64,000 bases of DNA from Dendrobates tinctorius (GCF_039654945.1 NW_027361688.1:31310001-31374000); one strand, 5' to 3'. Positions 35,905-49,804 are shown, counted from the stretch's first letter. Notes: a model not told the origin generated them from the letters alone. Made by a program: numbers and translations.

Positions 35905-36963
35905 GCACAGTCTGCGGATTTGTTAAAAGACCTGCGGTTTATCTGCAGTTTTTCTGCGGTTTAGCCTGCGGGTTTCCCCGGCGGTTTCACAGCTGCCATG
36001 GAGCAGGTGCCAAACCGCAGCGGAATCCGCACAAATAAGTGACATGCTGCGGCACAGTCTGCACTGCCGTTTTCATTTTCCATTGATTTTAATGGTACTG
36101 TACACCGCTGCAGAAACTGCTGCGGATCCGCAGCAGAAACTGCAACGTGTGCACACACCCTTAGGGTATGCACAAAAACCTGAATCCCTTCCCAGAAACC
36201 GCACCTATTTTTCTGCGGCGGTTTTTGTGAGTTTTTTGCTCGGTTTTGATGCGTTTTTGATGCGTTTTTACCGCAGCGGTTTCTAAAAGCATGGGAGAAG
36301 CCTAAACAGCGGAAAAAAATGCAAAATTAATGTGCATGCTGCGGTTTTTACCGCGATGCAGTTTTTTCACGGTAAAAAACGCATCAATGTGCACACAAAG
36401 TGCAAAATGCATAGAAATGACTGTGCAGCTTATTTTTAGCGGTTTTATAGTGAAAACCGTGGTAAAAACCGCTAAAAAAAACGCTGTGTGTGAACACAGC
36501 CTTAGGCTACTTTCACATTAGCGTTTTTTAGCGCAGCGCCTCGTGCGCAATAGAAACGCATACGAAAAAACCGTATCAGGCATTTTGCATGCATTTGCGC
36601 TTTTTAGGTGCAAGCGTTTTAACCAGTTTCAAGCCACATTAACTCTTAAAACACATGCGTTTTGTAACGCAGGCGTGCGCATGTTAATGCACACACCTGC
36701 ATTCCCATAAACTGTAATGCGTTATTTTGTCGCATTCCGTGCGCATGCGTTTTTTTTTACACCGTTGGACGGACCCAAAAATGCAACAGGTTGCGTCTGG
36801 CGCGCCTAGGCGCACACCTTAAAAAAGCATGTGCACGAAAACGCATACGAACGCGTGCAAATGCTAGACCATGCGCACGCCATGTTAAACATAGGTGCTC
36901 ATGACGCATGCGCATGGACGCGCACGATGCGCCGCGCAAAAAAACGCTAATGTGAAACCAGCC
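35905..36963. mobile_element. Chain of three Harbinger-type MITEs joined at TTA sites
   Basis: Junctions CACCC-TTA-GGGTATG (36161-36163), CAGCC-TTA-GGCTAC (36502-36504), end CAGCC-TTA (36964-36966). Confidence 0.75.
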
Positions 36964-37339
36964 TTATAGGCACCATTTTTTTGCACCAGCTTTTGTATTT
37001 CTGAGGCTGCCGGATAGACACCTCCTGTAATACATTTGTTTTCTGTTATTTGCATACTGAGTGAGTAACTCTACATTTACACATCCGTGTGTCATGGTCC
37101 GATCACGGACCATGATTGATGGCCTGACCCAAACTTGACATGTTTCATCCGTGTGTCCAAGAATGGAGAGCAATGCACAGATTGTCCATAGGTCTTCTGA
37201 CCTAAACTTGACATCCTCATTGGAGGCAGTGAAGGGCACATGCGCTACAAATCAGTAGTCTGTTAATTCTTGAGAGCCCCTAAGTGATATTATGGCACTT
37301 TAGCATATAAAAAACATGTGTAAGTGTCATTCCTTATTC

Positions 37340-37835
37340 ACAGATCTGTGTGTCATGGTCCAAGGAGAGACTACAAAAGTATGGACTGTCCAAAGGGTCC
37401 ATGGACCTAAACTTGACAGCCTCATCTGTGTGTCATGGTTCGAGCAGAGACCATAGTGTACTCACTGTCCAAAGTGTCTCCTGACGTAAATTTGACAGTC
37501 TCATTCATGCGTCATGGTCCAAGCACAGACCACAATGTACTCACTGACCAAAGGGTCTCCTTACCTAAACTTGACAGACTCATCCATGTGTCATGGTCCA
37601 AGCACAGACCACAATGTACTCACTGACCAAAGGGTCTCCTTACCTAAACTTGACAGACTCATCCATGTGTCATGGTCCAAGCACAGACCACAATGTTCTT
37701 ACTGACCAAAGGGTCTCCTGACCTAAACTTGACAGACTCACCCATGTGTCATGGTCCGTGCAGAGACCCCAATGTACTGACTATCCAAAGGGTATCCTGA
37801 CCTAAACTTGACAGCCTCATCTGTGTGTCAAGGTT
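37340..37835. repeat. 79-bp tandem repeat, about 6 copies
   Basis: TCATGGTCC recurs at 37512, 37591, 37670 and 37749; CCTAAACTTGACAG in each unit; dispersed copies at about 37080-37220 and 37900-37960. Confidence 0.85.
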
Positions 37836-39249
37836 TGAATGTGAAAAAAGGATGCACGGACTTATCACAAATCTCCTGCCCCAAGCATCACAGCTTCATA
37901 TGAGGCTGTCAAGTTTGGATCCTGTTTGTGAGCCTCCTGATCCAAACTTGACAGCCTCACATGATGTCATACGGATATGTGGCACTGACATGGTGCAAAA
38001 GTGAGATTAATGATGGGCAAGCGGGTGGCATATTTCATAATGTGGGAGTGATTGGTAATTTAGGCTTAAGTCAGGAGGGTATTGTAGGATCCTGCAGTGG
38101 AAGTGCAGTGAGATCGGCAGTAGTGCCGCTCAGTGAAAGAATCCAGAGGTCCCCACCGTTCCCCGGGAAGGGAAAGATCAGAATGGCATTGTTGTGTGAA
38201 GTGAGATACTAGCAGCTGTAACCCCTGGAAATTGATTTTAGCATTTGGTTTGACAGTTCTGTACTAGTTTTTTATGAAGCTGAGTGATGCAAGGTGGTGA
38301 CTGACTGATGGGGACCTCAGTAACAAGGCCAGTACCTAGGGGGGCAGAGAGAAGGTGGGCAGTAGACTTATTCAGATTGTCAAGGAAGAAGTGAGCTTGT
38401 GCTGCATTATAAACCATAAACTGAGTGGAGTAGGCCGCACTGGGTATACTGCGTGGTGACTGCGACAGAAGAGTACAGCTGGTGATGTATGTCAGCACAT
38501 TGCCATCACTGGGATGGGCCATCTGTAGATACGCGAGTATCCCAGAACTTTAGTCCATTGAAATGTTGCATATATTGCTCCACCATATTGGAAGATCCTG
38601 TAAATAAATTTCCAGTTTGTAAGCATTTTGTGTCATGTCACAATATCATTCAGAAGCCACCAGGGTCTCCTACCACCAGGGGGCGATAGGTCTGACTCCA
38701 CCTTTCCAGTGGTCTAATTTCAAAGTCCAAGTTCATCTTTGCCCATATGCACTCCCTGCTGGATTTTTTGTGATTGTGAATGTGTGTTATCACATGATCA
38801 TGTGAACCCATAGGCTAACACGCATGACGTATCACACACATGACTGATGGGAGCCCAATCTTAATGGGAACTTGTCAGGACTTTGTACAATCACACTTAC
38901 ATATAACAGCTACTCATTCTCTCCCCCCCCCCAATAAAAACAATACATTTTATATTGTGATTCAACATCCCAGTCATGAGAAATCTTGTGCAGAAGCTGC
39001 ATGCAGATCAGGCTGGCAGAGTAATGGGGGTGTGTGAGTGCACTTAGACTGCTTCTTTCAAGTGCACCGACAACCCCAGTGCAATTTTTTTTTTTTTTGG
39101 GGGGGGGGGGGGGGCTCTATAGAAGTCAAAGCTCCACAATTATAAAGCATTCACCTATCTTAGGGATGTTCTGTCCTTTTATAAGATGGGAATACCCCTT
39201 TAACTTGTCAGTAAAATCTCATGCATGAGAGTATTCTACTAAACGTGCT

Positions 39250-39545
39250 TAGTGATGAGGGAGTGTGCTGGGATAAGGTGTTATCTGAGCATGCGCGGGT
39301 GCCAACCAACTGACTTCCTTGTGCTCGAACAATATGTTTGAGTCCCCATGGCTGCATATCTCACAGATGTTTGACAGCTACAACACATGGGGATTGCCAG
39401 GCATGCACTGCATGTGTTGCAACAGTCAAACATCCATGAGACATCCAGCCATGGGGGACTTTTTAAAGCACGCCGTAGTCACTCGGTTAGGACCCGAGCA
39501 TGGTCAGAAAATATCTTATCCCGGCATATTCCCTCGTCATGGTTT
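39250..39545. mobile_element. Degenerate hAT-type MITE (TAGTGATGAG terminus)
   Basis: TAGTGATGAGGGAGTGTGCTGGGATAAGGTGTTATCTGAGCATG with a degenerate inverted counterpart at about 39495-39535. Confidence 0.5.
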
Positions 39546-40621
39546 CAGTTGATCATGCAATATTTTTCCTCTTTAGAAAGGCTCGGTTGTATCTGATTGT
39601 TCTGAAGATACTAAGCTGTAGAAGTTGTGAGCTACACTGTGGTACCAATGGGAGATTGCAAACACATGGTACAAGGTGGACCATCTCCAGGAGAATTTCA
39701 TTTATTGTAGTTTCAGCTTAAAATTTGATATGAGATTACAAAAAACATTGGAGCACCAAGTCAAACTTTGTGTTTTCTGGAACTGAAAAAGGTGATCAAT
39801 ATTAAGAAGAAAAAAAACCCATTATTTTTAGCAACTGCATCTCAATCGTCAGTGTACTGATTTTTTGGTGTTACAGCTCTGTCCCATTGAAGTGACTAGG
39901 GCTGCATTGCAATCAGATATGGCCTACTGACAAACCAGTGCTGTTTCTGAAAAACCTTTTATGTTGTTGGACACCCATCTTCATATACTTCCATGTTAAT
40001 TTTGTACATACTACTAGGAACATGTAAAATAAAACTTTAAACACCATGAATATTCCCATAAACACTGGCTTTTGGTTTTCCATCTCACTACCTGAACTTG
40101 GTTAATTATGCTCTACGGTGCCATGCAAGAGGTCAACCACCAACACTCCAAAATAGTGCATGTGTCTTTATAATGGGGGAGAAATTCATCTTCATTACTT
40201 GGGGCAGATTACATAGACAGCTGTACATGCTGGAGCTTTACTAGTTTGTCCACAGCCCCTGTTATAGCCCTGAAGTGGTGGACCACATGTTACAAATGCT
40301 ACCCACCCTCACTCACAAGCTAGCTGTGATGCAGGCTTTACACCATCGCTTCTCCTCCTGTTTGGTTTGACTGCTACTGGTGGGAATGTGATTTATTTAT
40401 GGGTTGTTTTTTTTTTAAACAAATGGAGCTTAAAAGCAAAACTCCAATTGATGAAAAGTTAACATTTCACCTGTAGAAGCTGTGTGAAAAAAAATAAAAT
40501 AGGCTGTATCAGTTAGTTTACTACATCTGCACGAGTACCCTTCCACACCATGTTTAACATTATTCTCTTTAGTGCCATGTAATGAATATATCAAGCTTAT
40601 TTCTGGAGGATGTTACTTTAT

Positions 40622-43600
40622 TCATATTTTTACAGAGTACATTGTGGGCCTCTGACTTCTTTGACACCGCCAGACACCGAGTACTGCAACCGTTACGGCA
40701 AGGATTCCTCCTCCTACAGCCACCGCTTTGAGCCACACCAGGGTGGAGTCATCTGATTCAAAGTCTGGAAAGTAATAAGTTTAGAAGACACATCCAAAAG
40801 AGGGAAAAAAACAAAAAAAAAAACAAAAAAAAAAAAAAGTCCATGTGTTGCCATCATTACCTTTGACTCTTCTGGGGAAATTCTTGGTCAAGTCAATTAA
40901 GTCCCCATCCACAGGATCTTCCTTTTCAGCACCTACAAAATCTGGTATAGACGTTTCATTCTGTGTATCGTAGTCCCAGATGTCTCCTTCTGGTAGATAC
41001 AAAAGTCCCAAAAGCGGTGAGATTTTAGAACCCACTGCCCAACCAAACATAGAAGTGGGTGGTTTAGGCAACACCCATGTTTCTCCATCATGAAATCTAC
41101 CAGATGAACCAGTAAGGGGCAACATACCTTGCATGCTAGTAAACATGTCACCCTCTGTCTGTGATGGCATTTTGGGATCAATGAAGTGAACCGGACCTTT
41201 GCTCACTGTGATCTTCTCACCATTTTCCTCAATGTCTCGTCCTGCAGTTAGATAACATTTAAGACAGTTATGCTTGGTCAGTCAATAGTCAGAAATCCGA
41301 AAAAGCAAAATCCTTACTTTTTCTTTGCCGGCATGAGGTTCTACAGGATTGTGTAGCAGATGGGACACAAACGGCAGCACTGCAGTGAAAGTACACCTGG
41401 GATGCATAGCGGAAGAGTCAATTAAGACCATAATCATAGCATGCATTGGACCTAAACAAATGCTATGGACAATGAGGACATAAAACTTGCGGTGTAACAC
41501 CCATGATTCAACATTCCCTTAAAGCTCCTCCACATTGCTGTCATTTTGGGTGTTTAGGTCTTTCATGACATTTCCTAGTATTACTAGCTTTATTCAAACT
41601 CCCACAGTAAAGGCTAAAGACATTTTACCAGTCCACCAGTAGAAGGTTGGTTATTTGCATCCAGAAATGTGAAGGTGTTGACAATGAAGCGTTGGTAGTG
41701 TGTAGGGTATTGCAATCTCTGTGAGGGAGTTCCAACCGAGTATTGCTTCGTCCTGTAGTTATCTCCAGGAAAGGGGCATCTGAAATAAAGCTTTTGGTTA
41801 CCCTTTGCATAAAATTAAGCTTTTGCATCATCCTAGACGTTATATTTTAAGATATTACCCATCTACAAGTATAGGCCACTGGACTTGTTGTGTGGGATCT
41901 GAAGTAGAAGTGGCCCAGCAGTCATCCAACATTAAAACAAGGCTTGGATCTGTTCTTCTCAGAATGCGGACCTCCAAAAAGACTGGATCTCTTAGAAATT
42001 TAGTTACCGGATACTCATTGTCCATGAAGTATACTGCATAAACCTCATCTAGAAAAAAAAAAAGTTGATTTGTTCAGAAGGCAAGTGTTAAGAATATAGC
42101 AAATGCAGGAAGTAAAACCATGATGGGTCGGTTTTATACATACTACAAAAAGATTTCAACAAACAGTAATCCTATAGGAGATAGAACATGCTACTTGGTT
42201 TAGCAAGCTCAACTTCTCAAGTTAATACGAGTAAAACATTGGCAAGCTCCGATGTGTAGCACTATGGCAGCATTGTCATACCTTGAGTAATATCTCCTCT
42301 AGAAAACAGCTAAAACTCATCTACCCAATGCCCATGCTGGTCTAGTGCTACAACTCTAGTGGTTCTAATTAGTTGGGCAGTGATTATACATTACACATGA
42401 CCACTATGCCCAACTACTAGCCTGAGCAGTCTTGTGCCACACAAGCATCTTTGATGCCAGGAATGGTACACGAAGTTTTGGACAAGGAATTAGACTGTCA
42501 GCGACCATAAGAAGTGGCACTGAGGTGTGAAGACTGGGTTCATTTTTTATTTATTTATTATTTTTTTTTTTTTTAAGCAGACCCCCCCCCCCCCCCCCCC
42601 CTTCTTGATTCTAGACATCACTTTGTGACCACTTGTTACCTTTAGCTATTCTCATCTCCAGCAGCAGAGGTCCTGTAGTTGATACTGGAAGCGGTGGTGG
42701 CAGAGTAAGCACCTCAACATGTAATGGGAGGTTTCCAGTCTGAGAATAACTACATCGAACAGTCAGCCTAGGAGGTAGATGTTTTCAGTTATTTTGAGCA
42801 CCCACCAGTAAAAGAAGTTGCGCGTTTTGTTTTTCAGGTGCTTCAACACTAGACGCAATTTCCAATTTCTACAAATCAGCCTTTTTTTGCTAGGAGTGAC
42901 AACATAACTCTAGGGAGGTTTACACCCATATAAAAATGGCGATGAGAGAACTGGAATTGGCCCCAATAGCAACTTCATGGCATAAGTTACATACAATCAT
43001 GCCAGGGTTACAGATTTGTTCTTACCTCATTGTACTGTCTCTTGTGATAGAGGAGCCTTTCCATGTCCTAACATCCCTAGTGGCTTCAACTGTATTCTCA
43101 TATACAATGGAGTTATCCAAGACCTGCCAATGGATGGATAATGTAGAAGTCATGCCAAACATCCATGACTAGTTGAAGAAATGCCAACTATTGAGTTGCT
43201 ACAGACCTCTAAGTTTTTATGCTGTTGGTGTCTAAGGTTGCCAAGACAGCCACCAACCTAGGGTTTTGGAAATTAGTTTGAAGACTTCACTGTAGCCTTA
43301 CCCGATTTCCTCCACCACATGAGAGGGGAAACTGAAACATTAGAAAAGCCGAATTCTTAGAAGATCTCAGCAATGGACAGGATGAGGAATCCACACCATG
43401 GATGAAGGCAGATTCAAAGATCAACGATGGGGCAGTCAGCTCTTTAGAAAGGACGATCAGAACTTGACCATCGTCAGTACATAGGGCAGTGACTGGAATA
43501 GGAGTAGAGAAACAGACCAGGTATGACTTTTGGAAGTTATCAGTACACACTGTATACTGTTTGAGTTTAGAGGACCCCCCCCCCCCCCCACACACACACA

Positions 43601-46600
43601 CCACCATGACAGACCAAAGGTTGTTTGGCATTACACCCCAGCACCACTGATGGAAAGTTGCTCATTTCTAATAACTTAGAAGCAGATGAAGTATTTTTTT
43701 TTTTCCTGCTGAAAACATTTTTTGTTCTTACAACTTACATTTGTTCCCGTAATAACATTGAGGCGAGACTCCAGGAGAGAAGCAACATCCTAGTTGATTG
43801 CAGACATCCCGAGGCACAGATGAATTGGCACACTGCAGGCGATCAGTGGTCTTGACAGCAGCACAGTCACTAGGGCTTGGAGCATCCAAAGCTATGAAGA
43901 GATGCCTCATTATTAACCATCTACCTGTAACTGCTACAAACCTACATCTGCCAAGGTGACCAGAATGGTATTGCCAGCAGAGCCAAGCACGACAGCACTC
44001 CAGAAAGAAAGTGCAGATGCATGTGTGCCGGGAAGAGCATGGAAACATGCACCAAACCAAGTTTCAGCTGCCATCTGGAGTCCTGACCACTGTGGAACAT
44101 CTCCATTGTGCATATATATGGAAGGAATGATTTTCACTCAACATTAAAAGTTAGGATTAGTCTTGAAGATAACCATTACCCAAATGAGTCAGAGCCTGGT
44201 GAGAACCTTTGTAAAGACCCAGTAATTTTTTTTTGCTTTGGTAGACCTCAGTCCATGTATCATGTAGATAAGATAGTAGTCAGTAATTACTAAGAGAAGT
44301 TACTTCCAGAAGCCACACATTTGGTAGCCACCTTAATCTTCATAATGGATGCCACTCAGTGGTCATAGTATTCTTTATGATCACGCAGCTACCAGGAAAA
44401 GCACTAGGGTGGCATGTGGTGTATGTGTACTATACTAGTACATTTATGGGGCCAATTATTGAAGGTGGCTCAAGCATGAGAGAACTAGGGGTCATCTGAT
44501 CAGTACCAGAGTTCTAAGCCACAGGAACGATATAGGATATTGATTGACCTAGAAACCATGGAGTTACCTGGCAATGACAGGCATTTGAGGTCCTTTTTAT
44601 CATGTTCCACTTGCCCATTATTAATCTGTTCCAAGATCAGAGTCACCACATGTTCTCCGAGCTAAAACAAGAGGCACAGGAGTATTAGAAATTAGATCAC
44701 GCAATTGAGGATTTGTAGATCACATTAAGATTTTAGACACTTTTGCAACTCACTGATCAAATGGTCATATAAACGTCAGAGACACGAAGGGGACAGGGGA
44801 AAAAAAAAAAAAAAATAAAAAAATAAAAATTGGTAATGCACCAAATTTATCATCCAGTAGGACCCACTGAGCAATTGGGTATCGTATTCTAGACGATTAG
44901 TAGATCTTCCCAGAATTTCTACAGCGACTTAGAAGTTATTTAGTTACATGCTTCCCTTGAATTAAGTACGGGTATACATATTGGTCTTTAAAATGACAAA
45001 TTGTCACTTTTAGTCGATTTTTTGGGATTAAATACAAGACATTTTTGGGGGTACCCCAACATCAATGGTGAAGCAAAGGCAGTCACGTGGGTTACTACAG
45101 GCCAAAATGCAGCCATGTGAAGCCAGTCATTGCCTCCAAGCACGAGTCTCACCTCTTCTCTGACATAGCAGCCTTCATAAGCAGCATTAATGGTCACTGT
45201 GCCGTCTAGATTTTGTCCTACCCACAATCCACAAGTGGAGTCATTGCGCAGATCTTGAGAATTTCCCTTAGAATCTGGAAGACAAGAGCACAAACTTACA
45301 TAATTAATGAGTTACTCATCAAGCTTGTAACATGGATAACATCCTGCCATGAGTTTTACAGTGTTAATATGCATCCATCAAGTGTTCTGCATTTCCAACT
45401 ATGGATAGGATAAAAGGGAGAGATGCCAAACGCAGGGGTTTTTTTTAGGTTTGCTATGTAACAAGCCTTAAAAATGCTGCCCAAACTGAAAATTTGGACT
45501 CAGTTTGTGTACGAGTGAATGTCACAATCAAGACTCTCGGTGTTCCCAAAAAAAAAAAAAAAAAACCCACACACCCCACAAACTACACATGACCAGCACC
45601 ACTCTTGTTTAAAGGCTGGATCTGGAATTGCAGTGTGTAGGATATAGCAGGTCAGCTGTAAGGGTATGTGCACATGTAGTTTTTAGGTGCTGCAGATTTC
45701 GTAAAATCTGCAGGTAAATTTCAGGTCAAAAGACCTGCGGCTTATCACCTCTACAATGGAGGAGATGGTAAACCGCAGCGGAATCCACAGAAAAGTAGTC
45801 ACATGTCATTTCTTTCTGTAGATTTGAAATCGCAGCAAAACCAGGCAGAAAATTCCACAGCGGTTTCCATTTTACATAGAGTATGATGGTACTGTACAAC
45901 GTAGTAGATTCTGCTGCGGACCCGCAGGGCCAGAAACGCTGTGGATCCGCAGCAAAATCCGCAACGTGTGCACATAGCATAAGGAGAAGTGGCTGTTCCA
46001 CATTAGACAGAGGACACAATTAGGAATTAGTTTCGCTACAAGCCTGAATGTAGAGAAAGCACATTTTGCATCATCAGGTGCTCTACACAGGCTCAGTGCA
46101 AGAATTCTCCAATTCAAAGTATCTATACGTTTATCTTCATTTGGGAAGCAGTTTTGCCCTAAAGCCTGTATGTAAGAGAAAGCACCTGATGAAGCCGAGT
46201 GTGAATAAAGCTCTTTAGTGACACTTGGCTTCATCAGGTGTGCTCTTACATACAGGCTTATAGGGCAAAACTGCTTCCCAATTGGAAGTCTCGCTACATA
46301 AATCTATAGCCTGTATGCAGGGAAAGCACCCGATGAAGCTAGATGTGCCGCTTTGGGAGTCTGGTACATTTTGGAGCCAGTATTCCACCATGAAAAAAAA
46401 AAAAAAAAACCCTATATCTAGATCCATCTCTCTGCATAATTAGTATATTTTCTTAGCATAAGATTATAAACCTGACTTTTGTGACACTTTCAGAAAGTCA
46501 GTCCCTATAGGTCTGGACTATGGTTGTTTAAAAGGGTCACAACATTCTAGTTGAAGGTTTTTTTTTTTTTGGTTTAAAAGTGAAATACAAGATTCATTAA

Positions 46601-47002
46601 GAGGCACACATTATTCTATCAACCCAATGTCTGATGCATACAGCCCAATCTATGGGCCCATGTATGAACCCAGCCAGGTTCACTTGGCTCCAAAATGCTG
46701 CAGAATTTCAGAGAAAAAAAAAAAAAAAAGACTTTGATAGCCGTCAAGGTGAATCAGGGCCAATGTCCTCCATTCTATAAAAATACTAAATAATCAGGGT
46801 AGAAAAACTTCTACTCACCCAACACCAACAAAGCAGAAGCAAATTCCTCATGTATGGTGGGAATAGAAAACCTCATAGAATTGGGCCGACACTGCAGATT
46901 GGAAACTTCATCTAAAAAACGACTAAGGCCAGAGACTAAACATTGGAAACTACAGCACCAAACCAATATGGCCAGGCCCAGGTGCTGCTTACTCCAACCC
47001 AT
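40622..47002 (-). CDS. zp4: Zona pellucida glycoprotein 4-like (ZPB), paralog B, probably 13 exons
   Basis: Exons 47002-46819, 45274-45153, 44661-44568, 43891-43739 (trefoil), 43492-43302, 43123-43026, 42767-42640, 42048-41859, 41779-41629, 41396-41318, 41241-41128, 40989-40861, 40764-40622. Furin site RKRR; TM segment. Confidence 0.88.
45662..45978. mobile_element. Harbinger-type MITE in intron 1 of paralog B
   Basis: GGGTATGTGCACA...TGTGCACATAGC, flanked by TAA; same family as 5033-5351. Confidence 0.7.
46141..46281. repeat. Palindromic MITE core
   Basis: About 60-bp inverted arms TTGGGAAGCAGTTTTGCCCTA..CACCTGATGAAGCC.AGTGT. Confidence 0.7.
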
Positions 47003-47046
47003 TGTGGCTGTAGCTCCCAATACTACCCCTGAGTACACGGCAGTCC

Positions 47047-47105
47047 TATATATAGTGAGGGGAGGGTCCATTGTGATTGGACAGGGATGGCAGTACCTAC
47101 AGGTG
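47047..47105 (-). promoter_or_regulatory. Core promoter of paralog B (E-box, CCAAT, TATA)
   Basis: TATATA about 47047-47054, ATTGG 47076-47080, CAGGTG 47100-47105. Confidence 0.7.
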
Positions 47106-47150
47106 TCTATTATCAGGGTCAAATGCTCCCACTTTCATCCTGGTATATAA

Positions 47151-47306
47151 GGCCATGTTCACATGTTCAGTATTTGGTAGCCAAAATCAGGAGTGAAACA
47201 ATCAGGGGAAAGTAATAGAAACATGCCTCCACTTCTGGATCACTCACTCACTCCTGATTTTGGCTTACAAATACTGAGGTAAAATACTGAACGTGTGAAT
47301 GTGGCC
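47151..47306. mobile_element. Short Harbinger-type MITE
   Basis: GGCCATGTTCACA...TGTGAATGTGGCC with TAA on both sides. Confidence 0.75.
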
Positions 47307-47915
47307 TAATCATATCTATTCATCTAGCCCCCATATATTTTTTCCTCCTTTTTCAGAAGCAATTTTTTTAAGTTTTGTAATTTTGTGCAATTTTTTCAGG
47401 ATTTTGACTTGAGTGCATGTTCATACTGTTTTTTTTTTTTTGTTTATATTTGTTGGGGGGCAATCGACAGGGTTTTCAAGTGGGATCCATTTCAGTAAGT
47501 GCAAATTTGTTGGGGTTTTTTTGCTTCACTTTTTTTTACCCTTTGTTTTAGTTTGACATTTCGTGAGGAACCCATCTCATAGAAGTCAGATGCCAAATAA
47601 GAACTTCTCCAAACCCTTGTTGTGGGACCAGTAAAGTAGATTTTCCCATTCAAACGAATAGGAGTATTTCAAACATTTTTTGTGTGAATTTTGAAGCAGA
47701 TTCAATCCTAAATACTATTGATTTCAATGTTAAATCCAGTGTTTTGTTGTTTTTTTTTTTCAGACAAGGTTTCCAAAAGACTAGAAAAAAAGATTAAACA
47801 TGACATCAGAAGCCACATCCTAACTAAAAATCTCATCAGAAACTTCATGGGTTTTCCCTTGAAAACCTCACCAGATTTTTCAGTCTCAAAAAACCACTGT
47901 GTGAAGATATCCTTA

Positions 47916-48036
47916 GGCCGGGATCACACATGCGAGAAACATGGCCGAGTCTCGCATGTTAATACCAGGCACTCGGATTGGAGCGTGCGGCTGCATGTGA
48001 GACTCGACCATGTTTCTCGCATGTGTGATCCCGGCC
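47916..48036. mobile_element. Short Harbinger-type MITE
   Basis: GGCCGGGATCACACATGCGAGAAACATGG TIRs; TTA TSD. Confidence 0.85.
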
Positions 48037-49117
48037 TTAGGCTGGGGATACACAACGACTTTAGTCACACAGGCAGAAGTCATACCGCATCATCACACGT
48101 GGTCACATTACTTTCGTGTCACCAAAAATCCGAATCTGCTGAATTCTTCTTGGCACAAAACTCAAGGGTCTTTTCGAGCATTCAAGGCACTTCAGCAATT
48201 TTAGTTTTCTTATCTCAAAAGTCGAATAAAATTGGCAACTTTTCATGAGTTTATGTTGCTGGAAGAGGGTGTGCTATAGAAGATGAGATTCCCCAGAGCT
48301 GTGCTGCATTTGTGTCCATAGACTGCCACCTGCTGCCCAAGCAGAATCCTGTGGAACCAACAGGAAGTAGAAGAGTTTCGGGAAGGACAAGTCTTGATGG
48401 AGTGCAAGGTCAGGTGAACTTCGTGACGCTGTTCCCCGATATAAGAGGTTGTAGTGGCAAGAGATATGATGCCAACTATCGAGACTAGCAGGACATACGC
48501 TAAGAGTTACGCCAAGGCTGAGACACTAGAACTTGCCAGGAGGCTCGAACCTGCAGGTTGTTGTGCACCCGCGAGTGGGGTCCAGACAACGCCAGTCAAA
48601 ATCCATGGACCACACCAGTTAAGACCTGAGGCTCAGACCCGTGTCAGTCAAGATCCGTGGAAGAGACCACACTGGTCAAAACCTGAGGCTCAGACCTGCG
48701 CCTGTCAAAATCCCTGGACCAGACCATGGCGGTTAAGACCTGAGGCCCAGCCCTTGTTCGTCCAGGCCCAATAGACAACTGTCGCAGATCAAACACCGAA
48801 GGCCTGGTGAGGACCCTAATCCGGAAGTGGACGTCCGCAGCGGTGAACCAGAAACGCGAGTGAGCCGGGCTGTTACTTCCAGCACTGACGTACAGTACAG
48901 GGTTCAGTCTTGGGTGGTGCAGCAGACGGGATGGGGACCAGCCAGTGTGAGAAAGGTCCAGAGAGCAGTGCTTGACTTTGTCATAAGGACTTGTAACCTA
49001 GCGGGAAGAACTGGAGACCCCCACTAGGGCCGGTGATAAAAAGGGGAACACCCTTATGAGTATGAATACTGCTCTCCTCAGGGACCAGACAGCATAGAGA
49101 GCTCGATATAAGAGTTA

Positions 49118-49615
49118 GGCTGGTTTCACATTAGCACTTTTTAAGCGCACGCACGGCCGGGGGTAGCTCCGCCCCCGAGCCGGCTCTCTGCCCGGCGTGC
49201 CCGCCCCTTGCTTGTAGCGCCGCCTCCTAGCGCACAGCGGCGCCTGCGATCGGCGCACCCTATCTTTAGCATAGGGTGCGCAGATCGTGCGCAGGCCGTG
49301 CGCTAGTTGCGCTTTGACCTGCGCTGCGCACTTTTGACCGTGCGCCGTGCGCGCCAAAATCCGAAAAGTTTGATTTTGGCGCGCACGGCGCACCTTCAAA
49401 AGTGCGCAGCGCAGGTCAAAGCGCAACTAGCGCACGGCCTGCGCACGATCTGCGCACCCTATGCTAAAGATAGGGTGCGCCGATCGCAGGCGCCGCTGTG
49501 CGCTAGGAGGCGGCGCTACAAGCAAGGGGCGGGCACGCCGGGCAGAGAGCCGGCTCGGGGGCGGAGCTACCCCCGGCCGTGCGTGCGCTTAAAAAGCGCT
49601 AATGTGAAACCAGCC
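49118..49615. mobile_element. Near-perfect 498-bp palindromic Harbinger-type MITE
   Basis: GGCTGGTTTCACATTAGC...GCTAATGTGAAACCAGCC; nearly identical ORF translations on both strands; TTA/TAA flanks. Confidence 0.9.
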
Positions 49616-49618
49616 TAA

Positions 49619-49790
49619 GACCACATTCACACGGTCAGTATTTGGTCAGTTTTTTACCTCCGTATTTATAAGCCAAAACCAGAAGTGGTGACGTGTTTCT
49701 ATTATACTCCTCTGATTGTTCCTCTCCTGATTTTGTCTTACAAATACGGAGTTAAAATACTGACCAACTACTGAATGTGTGACTGTGGCC
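49619..49790. mobile_element. Short Harbinger-type MITE (family of 47151-47306)
   Basis: GACCACATTCACACGGTCAGTATTTGG...ACTGAATGTGTGACTGTGGCC with TAA flanks. Confidence 0.7.
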
Positions 49791-49804
49791 TAAAGCTTCG
49801 TGAC

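Noticed and set aside
37340-37835. CRISPR-like regular array
   Set aside because: Whole 79-bp units repeat with no unique spacers; eukaryotic context; no cas genes.
38000-38900. Possible Tc1 transposase relic
   Set aside because: No TIR, TSD or DDE motif could be confirmed by eye.
46186-46240. CTGATGA as a hammerhead core
   Set aside because: No correctly placed GAAA and stem III; it is one arm of a MITE palindrome.
49115-49618. Twin 103-aa ORFs on opposite strands
   Set aside because: A consequence of the palindrome; non-ATG start and no coding signal.
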